From Takakia lepidozioides (Eukaryota > Plantae > Bryophyta): DNA of 64,000 nucleotides. Below are positions 1 to 12,293 of this stretch, one piece after another; positions within the stretch are counted from its first letter, which is position 1, and each line of letters opens with the position of its first letter. The position numbers were made by a program, and so were the translations under genes. The stretch spans positions 21,018,001 through 21,082,000 of the forward strand of contig CM060734.1 of assembly GCA_030704615.1 (NCBI GenBank), given 5' to 3'. Under the pieces are notes generated by a model. That model was not told where the DNA came from and searched no databases. It saw only the letters and a list, made by a program, of their open reading frames with translations.

Positions 1-13
1 AAGTGATTACCTT

Positions 14-3000
14 TCATGTATTGCACCTCAATCGTCTGTCATTGATGCACGTCCAAGTCCTGAACACTGTCATATCCCTCTTTTTTTTGTGCCTTCGAAT
101 CGCCGTACGGAGATTGGTTGGCGCGACCAGAATAAAACATCCGTTGCCATCCAGGAAATGGTATGCAATGTCAAATGCATTGAGCATGTTCTCATGGGAA
201 TACTCATTCCACACAGGAACATGACCAACCTCCGAGCCTACTGCAGGATCAACATGATCAACAACATGACCATCTGGAAGCTCACAGAAAATAATATTGG
301 CAGATACAGGTATATCTGTTTTCTCATGATTTGCAGATGATTCAGTCTCCAATGCAGAAAGAAACTTGTAGATTGAGACAAGCAAAGACTCATTCTTTCC
401 AGATCTACATAGTTTTGCCAATGTCTCCAGATCCCCCTGAACCCACAGCACACTCGAAGCTGGAGCCGCTGTAAGAGAACCAATGTACCTTGCAGACCAA
501 ACAATGTCCTCACCACTACTCCCACTATGCATTCTTTTCATTTGCACTTCCTGCAAGTTTAGAGTCTCCACGATCCGAGCCAGTGGTTGCTTTGTCTCCC
601 TCATTCCTCCCCTTCACTATAATGTACTGTCTCCTTTCATTCTTCGCAATGGCTAATTCTGCAGCTGCCACCCTTTCATCCTCCAAAGCAGTAGCAGTGT
701 CCACGGCTTGTTTCAGTCACAGCTTCCAGTTGTTCGGCACAACAGCGGGCTGCGTTCCAGGATTCTCTTCACCAACCTTAGACTCCACCTGGGTAATTTT
801 CTCCTTCACTCTTGGAGGACCGTCCTTTGGGGGGTAGTCCAGATACCACGGACACAAGTCAGCATGAAGTTGAGTGAGGTTGGCCGTCTGGTCTTTAGAG
901 AACATAGTGACTTTCTCATTGCCAAGGGTCGTCCACGCCTCAGCAACAAAGGGAAGATTGTCACTCCCGTGGATGTCAAGAAGATACCTACACAAACCAA
1001 ACAATCAATTTAGTTTGTGCCAATAAGGTCCTCACATAGCATGAATGGGGGTAAGAAGACTTAATCATTCAAATGGGGGGGATTAAGAACGAATTCATGG
1101 ACCGTGATACCCACCTACGTCCACCGAATGTGGGTGACGATACAAGAGGGTATAGGGTCTATGAGGGTATACATGAGGTTATATAATCCCCGAAGAGAAA
1201 TCAAATAATTTGACAATGAAATTGAAATTCCTCACATTTATGCCTTAATTTATGTCTTGTATGGGCCTGCCTAGGAACCACCTACGTCCACCGAAGGTGG
1301 GTGACGAGGCAGCAGGGTTGAGGGTCCATAACATAACCTGGACAAAATGAAATCATGTAATTAAAGAAGAAAATTATTTTTCTCTGATTTACTGCGTATC
1401 TGGCCATTTACTAGGGCCTAACGAGGACACCTAGGTTCACAGAAGATTGGAGAAAATACTAAATAGCACTGGAAAGACAAGAGTTAATTAAAGTAAAACC
1501 TTGTATATTTTTAAATTTAGGATAAAGGGTGACTTTATATTGGGGCCCCTCGAGTAAATTAAAAAATAAGCATTGTTTTACTTTAATTAATTGTTTTCTT
1601 TCCAGTCATAATTAGTTGATGTTGGTCAATGACCCACCTACGTCTACCGAAGGTGGGTGAACGATGCTGGTTGACTTGAAACAACTTATTTCTTTATCAG
1701 GGATTTGTTTTGTGTTTTTGTTATTGGGTTTAGGATCGAAGTCTCTACCACAAATTAAAATAATTTCCATCCTAAGAAGAAGTACATTACGGGCAGTATA
1801 CGACCCACCTGCGTCGAGCGATGGCCGTAGTTTTGGGCAAGCCAGAACGTTTCTATGTACCTTCGGGAAGGTTGGAGGGTTCAGAAGCGTCATTACATTT
1901 ACGAGAGCACCGGGTGAGTGTGGTAAGAGTAGGATTATGGGTGAGTTCGCACCTGTACAGCAACTTTTTGGCAGCACGAGGTCCACCTGATTCGTCAGAC
2001 AGCAGCATTGTCCTGCGATGGGACTCGATCCCCGGCTTGAACAGCTTCTTGTAGGCCTTCTTCTTCCATTCAAGTATCCACTTCTCAAATGCAAGTGCAC
2101 CCCCCTCATCTGTTTCTGTGATCTTGGCGAACAACTCCATAGCCTCTGTGGCAACCTGTTGCCATCATATGCACTGTTTAGAGATGCTCATAACAGATGT
2201 TATAAATACAAACTGGAATATTTCATGGCAAAAAAATTCCTCACCTGAAACCACCACATTTTCTTGGCCAACCACTTGTCCATAATCTTGTTAGTGATCT
2301 TTCCTTCAGCTCCTGGAAAGTAGGCCTCTGCCTGCTGGGCAGGTGCTGCAATATGCAGCTGCAGCCACCACTGCTTCTCTTTTGGGGATACCTCGGAAGT
2401 TGCAATTAGGTAGGCTCTCTCCAAGCCTACTCTTTTCCCCCCCTCTTGGCAAGTCTGTAGGGTTGGCAAAAACTCTGGGCCGTTGGCCGGATCGCAAATG
2501 GGAAGCTTCTTCGCCATCTGCTTGGATGCTTTAGCTTTGGCAACATTTTTAGCTGCAACTATTGCAACAGCCATTCCTTCGCGGTTCCTCTCTTCCTCTG
2601 GGGTTTCAGCTTCGTACCTAATCTTTGCATGTGCAATTGCCGTCATTATGTCCCCCTATATGCAAATCAATCAATGTTTATTAGCATCCTCCCTATGCAT
2701 CCACATCTGTGATTCTAACCAACCGGAAGGCCATAAAGGTGAAAAGACACGGTACTCACATGGGCTAGAATCTCGATCATAGCCTCTTGTGTCATAGTAT
2801 ACCAAAGGGCTTGTGCCGATCATTTGAATGTACCACAGGTTGTGGATGTCCTCGGTCTTCACGAACCCCTTCTCATTAATGCTGCAACCAACACACGCAA
2901 TTCGTATTGGTTTTCAATTGCAATCTTGTTGACTATACATTTGGAAATCCATTTCATGTGAATCTCATCAAAACAAGCAGGTCAATAGCCTTACGCATTG

Positions 3001-4047
3001 GTTTGGAACATGGCAGCTTTCAGCATGCCGATAGTGCTGGCCTGGCATCGCAATATCTTCGCTTGCACACGCACATGCCATGGTTTCTCATTTGTCTTTA
3101 AGGTATTGATAAGCTTCAACCACGTGTGCAAGCGGTGGTTACCATCCCATACGTAAAACATCCGATTCTTCAACCATGCCCAATTTGCATCCGCTTTGCA
3201 ATCAGCATCAAACTCATTGCTAACTTGTTTCCAATGGGCACTCCACCCCGCTCGAATCTCATCCGTCACCAAAGCAGGAATCTCCTCCTCGTCTGTAGGG
3301 GCCGAAAAGAAATATCCACGACCTTCCACATACCCATTTGTTAAGAAATACTCTCTCAATGCATCCCCTGCATTCTCCCCAACGATTGGCCTAATTTTGG
3401 GATTCAATATCATTCTGCAAAGGGGCACATTTGGAGGCAAGGTGGGTTTAGTAATTGCCAATTTATTCACCACGGACTGCAGGTTCGACCCAGCATTGTG
3501 ATCATCAAGGACTTGTAACTGCTTCATAACATCACCTTGTTCCAACATTTCCTCGGGTACAGATGCAAGTGCAAGTGCGTTGGTCTCAACCCCCCCCCCA
3601 ACTTCCCCCCCACTTCCTGTTCATTGTACAAGGAGTGCGTTGTCGCTGTCGGCGGGTCCATCGTAGAAGCTGCAGGCAGGTCCATCGTGGAAGCTGTCAC
3701 AGAAGCTCCAGGGCTACTTTGCACAATCATTGTGGGCCTGATGGCGACCTGCTTTTGGGGAGTGGAGAAACATTGTACCTCTGAGTCCGACTGCTGGTCT
3801 GCCCCCGCCCCACCTGCGATGGCCTTTTTCGTGGGAGCCGCCAGATGTACCCGCCCCAGCTCACTTGTAGTCGGCAACAACGCCCGATCGACGTAAGGAG
3901 TCGCTAACAGGTCCCCCTCCTCCATTGATCCATTCTCACAACCATCTGGAATTGGAAAAAGAGTGAAAGAAGACTGCAGAATGTCCGCTCTCTCCAGGAG
4001 GTTACTAAGGCCTCCGTCTGAGAAATTCCCGCCCCCCTCCAAATCCT
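14..4047 (-). pseudogene. Multi-exon gene, ParB/Sulfiredoxin-like N-terminal domain plus beta-class amino (N6A/N4C) DNA methyltransferase-like C-terminal domain; continues off the left edge
   Basis: Collinear minus-strand ORFs 3524-4177, 2991-3548, 2671-2862, 2200-2646, 1853-2140, 717-1004 and 14-604. Two in-phase GT-AG introns: ~2883-2994 (NA|INEK) and 988-1952 (LLYR|YLLDIH). ParB/Srx-like motif FYVWDGNHRL. MTase-like motif string VLWVQGDL...ANIIFCELPDG...FLDGNGCFILV...RTWTCIN. Several frameshifts and stops. Confidence 0.55.
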
Positions 4048-7000
4048 GCACACAATGTACGCATAAGCATAAAGCAAATGAAAAGGTACAATAACTACCG
4101 CGGCTTACTAGAGCCCATTGTAGGCACGCAGAAGTGGAGCAGCAAATATCTACAAGAAAACCGAATAGGTACACCATGCGAGGAGGAAGAGCGCGTAGAA
4201 CAACTATTTATGGAAGCCAATGTTTCATGTCAGATCTGTAGGCCGCTTGCTTCTACGACGGCAACCAAACTCCAGAAAAACAGAGTGCGCCAAGCAAGCA
4301 TAGTCACAATGCATAAGCAGGCAGGATAGGCACAATGCATAAGCAAGCATTATATGGGAGAGCCGGTCCTGCAGTAAATGGGAGAAGAGCCAGCGGTCCT
4401 GCATCCTAGCCCATAGTGTCCGTTACAATGATTGTTTGCCCGCCCGCGTGCAAGGTCGTGATTCCATTCTCGTTGTGGTTAAGTAAATATGTCACAGAAG
4501 CATTCTGTCTCCTTCAACAATCTGAGAAGCACACTTTCGCTCTCTCTAAGTTGTGTAAGGGCATGGTAGGCCCGAAATAACAAAACAAGAGGAGCTGCAA
4601 CGAGATGCAAAGGCTTAGGAGGAAGAAAAAATAGGAGAAGCAACCCTACAAAGCAAACGTGCACCGTACGAGAAAAAAAGAAAAATACCGGATGGCATGC
4701 ACACTCTCAAGCGGAATCGCATGTAGGAGGAGGAGTGTACACGAACAACGCGGACAGACTCGCATGTAAGAGGAATAGGAGTACACAAACAACGCGGACT
4801 AAATACGAGAAGCAAACCTAGAAAGCAGAAGTGCAGCTTACGAGAAAGAAGCAAAACCGAGACGATGCTCAAGGACGGCAACCAAACTCGCATGTAGGAG
4901 GAACAAAGGTACACGCACAAGCCCGGATTGCTCCAGCGGCCTTCTCCAGGTGCTCAAGACGGGCAAAGTAGCCCCAACGTATACGCTGCTCTAAACCAGA
5001 AGCTTAACACAAGAGAGAAGCTAAGAGGTAACCTACGATACCAAAAGCTTAAGATACCAGAAGCAACAAGAGAAGCAAAAAGAGGGCCTAGAGTGTAACA
5101 ACACAAACAAGAGAGCCCACAGTGTACCAGCGACAGAACAGGGAAAGAGAATTACACAAAGTCAAAAGAGAACTTTACCTCGTCCATTTCTCGTGAACGA
5201 GAACGGCCACCACGCCTCTGACGGCCACCTCCGCAAGTCTACTCTCCTGACACACTACTACCAGGGTTACATTTGCTTCGCAGATCATAACGTCGTTTTG
5301 AAGGGTCACCTTGCTCCATTCTAGGGTAAGCAGAAATAGTAAGGTGGGTGGGACTCTAGATAAGAGAGGGCAACCCATGCTTAATATATTCTTTCCACGA
5401 AAATAAATGTGACATTCTGTTTATGGCGGATGTGACCTGTGGCACATGTGACGACTAATGCGGGCCAAAATTATGAAGAAACAAAACAATAGTGAACCAC
5501 TAATACAAATTATAAATATTATGTAAATATTAAAAGAGAATAGAAAATGTATTCATAAAATATGATTAGTAAATGTGAAAAGTAAATAACATATATTTGA
5601 AATAACAAACAGTTCAACGATAATTTAATATACCATTCCATGAAGGCAAACTTCCTTAAAATAGCATCTACCTAAAAAAATCAATTCTCGGGTAAAAGAA
5701 AGCATCTTCCAGGCATCTTCTAAGAATCAGGCAAGAGAATAAATCCCCAGAATGCACCTTCGGCATCCGGAGGTGGCATTTTAGACAACATTATGATTAA
5801 TACATGTGGAAATTAAAAAATAAATATAGAAAAGAAAAGCAAAGACAACAAAAATTTGATAAAATATTGCAATAAAAAAACTCAAAATATGAATCAACAT
5901 AGGGCCTACACTCTCCAGCACACAATAGAACTCCCAAAGTTCAAGACCTTCGGCATCCGAAGGTGGCAATTTCATAAATATATACTACACACATTTCATT
6001 AATAAATTTAAAAAATAAATTAGAAATATTCAAAAATAGGAAGGACAGCAAAAAACTTGATATAATATTTGAATAACGTGAAACTCCAGATATGGAGGGA
6101 CACGGGATCTGAACCCTCTGGCACATTAAATAACTTCAAAATACAAGACCAGTTGCACTTGAAGGTCACAAACCAATGACCACATACAACCAATCTAACA
6201 TTTATTTGGCTCCAAAATAAGATAAGCATCTCGGACCATTTCATATAATATAAGAGTAAAGATCACCAGTGGGCACACCATTTTACAGTTAAAATCAATA
6301 GTGGTCGGAATTATATTATCAAACATGACATATTTTCAGACGAAGGTTGAAAAGGGTGGCTGAGTTGGGGTCGTGGATTCTATTTATTTCCCTGATAAAT
6401 AATGTGGTCCGCCTTCAAGCACTATGACAATTGATGTCGACTACGAAAGATGACATCGCATCAAGTTCCTCTTGTGCACCTTCGGGGATCGAAGGTTACT
6501 GAGGATCTTATGGTTCTGCAAAATGTTTTGAACAATTTAAACCACCTTTGGCAGCCAGTGTTGCCGGTTGGGTAAACATGACAATTATTTTTTATAGTAT
6601 AATGATGTGCTTGAAAGCACGGTTGGTAGATTTATATCCGAAATAATATTCAAAAAACTGGTAGTGACTGTACAGTGGTCGACTACAATTGGCATTCGAA
6701 GGTCGATTTTGTTGAACGGAATATCGTTAGCCCTTCCAGCAATAGGAAGCTGGATGATTTTGAATACATTTACAAATTAAACACTAATGTACATTGGTCG
6801 ACTACTTTGGCCATTCGAATTGTCAATTTTGCTAAACTCGTTATCCTAAACCCTTCCAACCATAGAAAACTGCATGATTTTGGACAACAGAAACAGAAAT
6901 TTTAAGTTTTAACCAGACAATATTTTACCATCTTAAGACATAGATTCACGTACATTGGTTTGCTCTAGTTCCGGTTGGAGGACCTCTTGATTCAGTGATT

Positions 7001-8538
7001 TCCAAATTCAATACCATCTTACTTGAAGGTGGCAGAAGTTTTTTCATTTATGGTGCATAGCAAAATTCTTAACGACCTTAGGCAGTTGGAGTTGGGATAT
7101 GTTAATATTAATAGTTCAATAACATAATGCACTATTAATAACTATCCTTGCAACAAATGTGATCAACCTATTTAAATTCAAAAAGAACATGTTTAATCGT
7201 TCAAGACAATCTCTAAATGGATTGTCCAAGGAGGGTAATTCTAGTAAACAATTTCAAGTCGACATTCTTTGTATTTCAAAATCAATGAAACATGAAGAAC
7301 GGTTCAGATCATGCAAGTATACAACCCAAAAATAAAAAACAACAAGGACCCAAGGGTCTCCAATGACACAAACACTACATTGAACTATGCACAGCTGCTG
7401 CTTGTTGCCACTACTGCGATACTGCTTTGTCCCCATGAACTAGCCTCAACCAAACGAATGAGATCATTTTTCTGTAAAACCACAACCGTGCACCCAAGTA
7501 GTGCAGCCGTATTTAGTTTCAGTGAAGCCACCCTGTGCTCTCTCACAATGCCTCTTTCATCCGCTGTTCTCGTTCTCTCAAAATTAAGTTCCCCGGAACT
7601 TCTTTCATCTGCAGCATCTGTTCGAAATGAATGGCCCGGCGCTCATGCTCTGCTGCAGCCCTCGACCTGCTCTGACCCTCCGTGTGCAAATGCCTGTTTT
7701 TCAGCTCTAAAGTGCAGGATAAGGTTCTTTTGGTATGCAATGAAGTCCATCTCACGAGGACCAACTTGAGCAGCACGGCTATTCTCCTGCTCCCAAATTT
7801 CATTGTCCAAGTCGTGCAGTTGGACGCATAGACCGTCAACGTCCACCACAAGATTCTCGTAATCATACAAGAGGTGGATCAACTCACCGTAAGAGCCATT
7901 GTTTGTGTCACGTTCACAATAGCGCTCTACCTCTTTCAGGATTTTATCGAACCCCTCGCGGATAGTTGCGGTCGTAGAAATGATACAGCTTCTCAGAGTT
8001 GACGCATTATGTTTCAACTCTTCTACATAACTCCTGCCATCAACCTCAAGAAGAGAGGATGGGGAGCTCCATGAGCCCATAGAGAAAATAAACGGGAGAA
8101 TACAAGAAGATGACAGAAAGTATGGATTTAAAGTAAGAGAACAAAAGTGTGAAATAGCAGAGCAACAGAGGAGGCAAGTGAGAGTGAGATGAGAAGGATT
8201 GTCACAGGGATATATATACACACACTAACCAAACTTCCATACATAGCAAACATGCTAGGCTCGGTGGGCAGCCAAACCAAAAACAAATCTGTTCATTACT
8301 CCGCATTTATGGCAAACCTACCTAGAATCATCTACATTAATGGCCCACGATGTTGCCATGGCAGAAATTACTCGACATTACTATGATTTGAACTGACGAA
8401 GGTGCAATACTTTTCATCGAATACCTGTAATAAATAATAGTCTTTATGCGTTGTGAACCAACCCAGGGAACCTACGTTTGTCGGAGGTGGAAGGCACATC
8501 ATCAATAAAAGATTGGGCACCTACGTTCGCCAAATGTG
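1109..8538. repeat. Dispersed 19-bp palindrome ACCT(A/T)CG-N5-CGAAGGT, about 10 copies
   Basis: Good copies near 1113, 1280, 1636, 5756, 5946, 6478, 8470 and 8519; degenerate copies near 1429 and 1807. The arms are conserved and the 5-bp spacer varies (TCCAC, TCTAC, GCATC, GGGAT, TTTGT). Confidence 0.8.
7643..8080 (-). CDS. Hypothetical helical/coiled-coil protein, possibly a pseudogene (the frame stays open past the stop to ~7385)
   Basis: ORF MGSWSSPSSLLEVDGRSYVEELK... is heptad-like and acidic, with a pyrimidine-rich leader and a TATATA upstream (~8213). No recognisable domain. Confidence 0.35.
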   Translation of the reverse strand: MGSWSSPSSLLEVDGRSYVEELKHNASTLRSCIISTTATIREGFDKILKEVERYCERDTNNGSYGELIHLLYDYENLVVDVDGLCVQLHDLDNEIWEQENSRAAQVGPREMDFIAYQKNLILHFRAEKQAFAHGGSEQVEGCSRA

Positions 8539-8612
8539 GGTTCCTGATAAGTGAGATAATGATGTCTTCATCCACCTCATTTCAATATTGTTGTATCACA
8601 TTTTGCTAACAC

Positions 8613-9565
8613 TGTTAGAGGGCTGTCTGGGACTTAGACAGTTTTACGGGTTCTGTGGGGTACCCTTAATTTTGCGCAGACCTACGGTGGTAGACTCAGA
8701 CCAATACAGACCTTAGCGGTGACAGACATAGGCCTTAGGGGTGGTAGACAGGCTTACACAGTCAGTCACAACCTTACACAGTTAGACACAGCCTATCACA
8801 GTCAGTCACAGCCTATCACAGTTTATCACAGCCCGACACGGCCCGACACAGCCAGTCACAGTCTGACACGGCCAGTCACAGCTCGGCACAGTCACAGCCC
8901 GACACAGCTTGGCACAGCCCGTCACAGCGTTCACAGGGAACGGTTATCATTGGCAGGGAATGACTGTGTGGAAACGACATCTGCAGAGGGAACGTGCATT
9001 CTATCTTGGATGACAGTTAGTTAGTTAGGCGGTTAAAACAGCTTGCAGGTAGAATAGGCAGAGTAGCGACATGGAGGGGGTCACTTCTGGGATCACTCTT
9101 GGACATCACTTGAGGAGATCAGGTAGAGAGCACGATCTTGGAGCACAAGGATGGAGATTACACAGAGGAGGAGATACGACGAGATGATGCTTGATTCATG
9201 CAAGCTGTAGAGATGCACTGTAGAGCAGATTAGAGACACCATGGCTTCGACCTGATACATGATAGATATTAATATGATTCATATTTCGTGTAGAGAGATA
9301 TGAGTGAAGCTGTGGAATGAATGCTTGAGTAGTTGGAACATGGTAGATTGCAAAAGCAATCTGATACTTAAACCTAGATAGTAAGGTAACTTACTGAACA
9401 TGGATGCAGGAAAGAATAGATATATGAAAGCACCCCATGATACACTAGATGTAGGTCATGACTGATTGTTCTGAGCGGGCTGAGTGCTTAGAGATTTCCA
9501 ACTCTTCTATCTTGGAGTTTCCACCTCGGATAGCTAAGGGATGGGCGAATAAAAGCCGCTCGACA
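8613..9565 (+). repeat. 5' LTR of F1 copy A (TG...CA, ~953 bp)
   Basis: Starts TGTTAGAGGG, ends CTCGACA and is directly followed by the PBS. Homologous to 49792-50691 and to the reverse complement of 37750-38756. Contains a ~10-bp CACAG minisatellite at ~8755-8935. Confidence 0.92.
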
Positions 9566-10153
9566 TTTGGCGACCATACTGGGGAACTGAGTCAAGAACA
9601 ACCAGATGTGACAGGCATCTGGTGGGATCATGGTGGTTGGAGAATCAAGGAATTTGATGTGAATCCAATTCCCTGTGAAACTGAGAAAGAAAGATTGTCC
9701 AAACAATTCTTTCAGAGGTTCTTGGAATTGCCAAACGGTTGCAATGAAAACATTCTTAAGAGAGTGCATGATGCTGATTCAGAGTGGGGTCTGGAGAAAA
9801 GAGTGATAAAGATTTATCAAGTGGCCTGTACAGGGACAGCTAGATGGTTGTCGACACTGGTTTATGTGATAGCATTGCTATCCATTAAACGAGTGGAGTT
9901 TGAAAGCTGGGAGGAACGGAAGGTGAATGTTTACACTCACATGCATGAAGAACTTGAACTGGTACAGAATTGGATTCCTAAGGATATCTTGTGGATCAAA
10001 CTTACACCAAGAACAGCTTTTCAAACGTGCTTGCCATATGGTTATATGGTATCAGAGCCTTCTAGTATAGCCAAGGGTGCATTAAAGCTCGAAAGAAATC
10101 CAGGCATATACGAGAGATACTACAGAAGAGAGTTTTGGTTATTGCCTCATTAA
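9458..10153 (+). CDS. Extra ORF upstream of gag in F1, function unknown
   Basis: 231-aa open frame, also open in the second copy (50584-51306) and similar along its whole length. Confidence 0.6.
   Translation: MTDCSERAECLEISNSSILEFPPRIAKGWANKSRSTFGDHTGELSQEQPDVTGIWWDHGGWRIKEFDVNPIPCETEKERLSKQFFQRFLELPNGCNENILKRVHDADSEWGLEKRVIKIYQVACTGTARWLSTLVYVIALLSIKRVEFESWEERKVNVYTHMHEELELVQNWIPKDILWIKLTPRTAFQTCLPYGYMVSEPSSIAKGALKLERNPGIYERYYRREFWLLPH
9568..9585 (+). promoter_or_regulatory. Primer-binding site TGGCGACCATACTGGGGA (tRNA-Arg-like)
   Basis: Lies 2 bp after the LTR end, begins with TGG and is identical in the copy at 50694-50711. Resembles the tRNA-Arg PBS of Ogre-type elements; the tRNA identity is an inference. 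Confidence 0.8.
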
Positions 10154-10173
10154 AGATATGAAAGACATGGGAC

Positions 10174-12140
10174 ATGAGTGATGAAAGGGAAGCTAGACTC
10201 CACAGATATTCAGCGAAAAGAGAAAGTTATTTGAAAGCTAATTATCCATATCGTTGGGAGAGAGGAATAGACATAGGGGAATCATCTGGACCTCTCACAC
10301 CATTAAGGCGAGAGAGTACATCACCCATACCGGAAGAACCAGAGTTGGATGCCACTCCTTCTTATTTTTTACAAGAAAGATTAAGGGATTTGGTACAGGA
10401 AGAAGATCAGCCACAAGGGGAAAGATCTGCGGTACATCCCTGGGTTAAAGATTTGACAGAAATCTTTGATCAGAGTTGGCATGAAACACCAAGAGCAGAA
10501 ACTCCAGTTTCTGCAACACAAGACAAAGAAGGAGAGGAAGATGAGGCGGAGCCAACGGAGAGTTAAGACTCTCCAACACCACTGCAATTGAGTTATATGA
10601 GTGAGGAAGAAGAAATCCAAGAGAAGAACTTGGAAGATGAAAACAGAGAGAAGAATTTGGAAGATGAAGAGTATGAAGATGTAGACCCAACAGTTGAGGT
10701 TGAGACTACAACCAGGACATCCCAACCTATTGGACCTGGATCAAGTGGAGCACTTGGATCACATGCCAACACAGGTGTCGGCTCAGGGGGATCAGGCGGG
10801 CAGCTTGGATCTGGCTCTGGGGGGACATGGAGTGTGGGAAGTAGTGCAACTGGAGTTGGGGGTACTGCAAATACAGGGGGGCCAGTAGTAGGGAGTGCTC
10901 GGGGGCCAACACCAGGTGGAAGTTCCACCACTACAACAGCAGGTCCTCAAGGACCAACACCAACAGGAGGACCAACACATGTCAAAGGGCAGGGTGTAGG
11001 GCCACACATGGCGGTACCTCCAACACGGGCAAAGCCACCTTTTCCAATATATGCAGGAAAAAGGGATCCTGATGTACACATCAGCCAATTTGAGTACATG
11101 TGTATTGTGAACAATGAGAATGGCGATGATGCCAAGATGAGACTGTTTCCTTGTTCACTTATCAAGAAAGCAAGTGAATGGTATACAAGGTTTCCTAATA
11201 ATCATTTCCTAACCTGGAATGGCCTTAGTACAGCATTCCGAAACAGGTTCAGGACAAGCAAAACTGAGGATGAAGTATATGGGAGTTTACAACAGTTAAG
11301 GCAAAAGAAGCATGAAACTGTTGAAGAGTACATGGAAAAGATGGAGTTAATGATGAAAAAGCTGGCTGCTGTACCGGCACCAAGATTACAGAAGACTTGG
11401 TTTGTGAGTGGACTAAGACCTGAATTACAAAAGAAAGTGGATGTGCTACCACATAATACAGTGGAGGCATTCGAAACAGCCAACAAAATTGTGCAATTTG
11501 GAATGCTCAGAAGAGATAAAAGGGATGATGATGACTCCGAAGATGAGTCAGATGAGGAAGAAGAGCAAGAGCTCAGGAGGAAGAGCAAGAAGAAGGAAAA
11601 GTTGAAGAGGGACAACTATGAAGAAAGATTGGAAGAAATCTTGAAAAAGTACGCCACAGAGGCTGTAACACATTGGAAGAAGGGTGTTTGGTGTGCAAAG
11701 TGCCAAAATGAAGGCCATACCACAGCTGAATGCCACATGAAGGAGAAACCCTGTACTATCTGTAAAATGGATAACCATTCTACTGAGAATTGTTATTACA
11801 ACAGAAGGACAGCTGCAAGAGAACCTAGGCAAGTAAGGGTGCATCAAGTGCAGCTCCAGCCAAGAAGAAACAATGAACAGGACCACTATGGTAGGCCTAG
11901 TGGATATAACAATGGAATGGCAGGGAGGGGTAATCCAAGAGGGAATTACCAAGGCAATCCCAGAGGCAACTATTAGGGTAATCCAAGGGGGAATTACCAG
12001 CCAGGGAATCAGGATTATAGAAATAATCCCAGAACAGGCCAAGCGCGAGGACCCAATGGTGAAGAACTGTGTTACTATTGTAACCAGGCAGGACATCGCA
12101 AAGCAGCCTGTCCATTCTGGATCAGACACCAGAATGAGAT
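10174..12140 (+). pseudogene. gag: F1 gag
   Basis: Retrotrans_gag-like DPDVHISQFE...LFPCSLIKKASEWY...QLRQKKHETVEEY...FVSGL. CCHC knuckles CAKCQNEGHTTAEC and CTICKMDNHSTENC, plus CYYCNQAGHRKAAC further on. Disrupted by stops and frameshifts. Confidence 0.9.
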
Positions 12141-12293
12141 GAGAGCTCCTGTGAATGAGGGCCTAGTGGTGGCAGCTCACATGGTTAGGCCATGTTTTGT
12201 GCCAAAAGTAAGTACAATGATAGTTACCAGAAGCAAAGCTAAACTAATACCTCCAGTGGATGAGGAAGATGATGTAAAGAAGATGGCAGTGAT

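Noticed and set aside
14-4047. Bacterial or phage contamination as the source of the ParB/MTase-like gene
   Set aside because: It has in-phase GT-AG introns and is contiguous with plant-type transposons.
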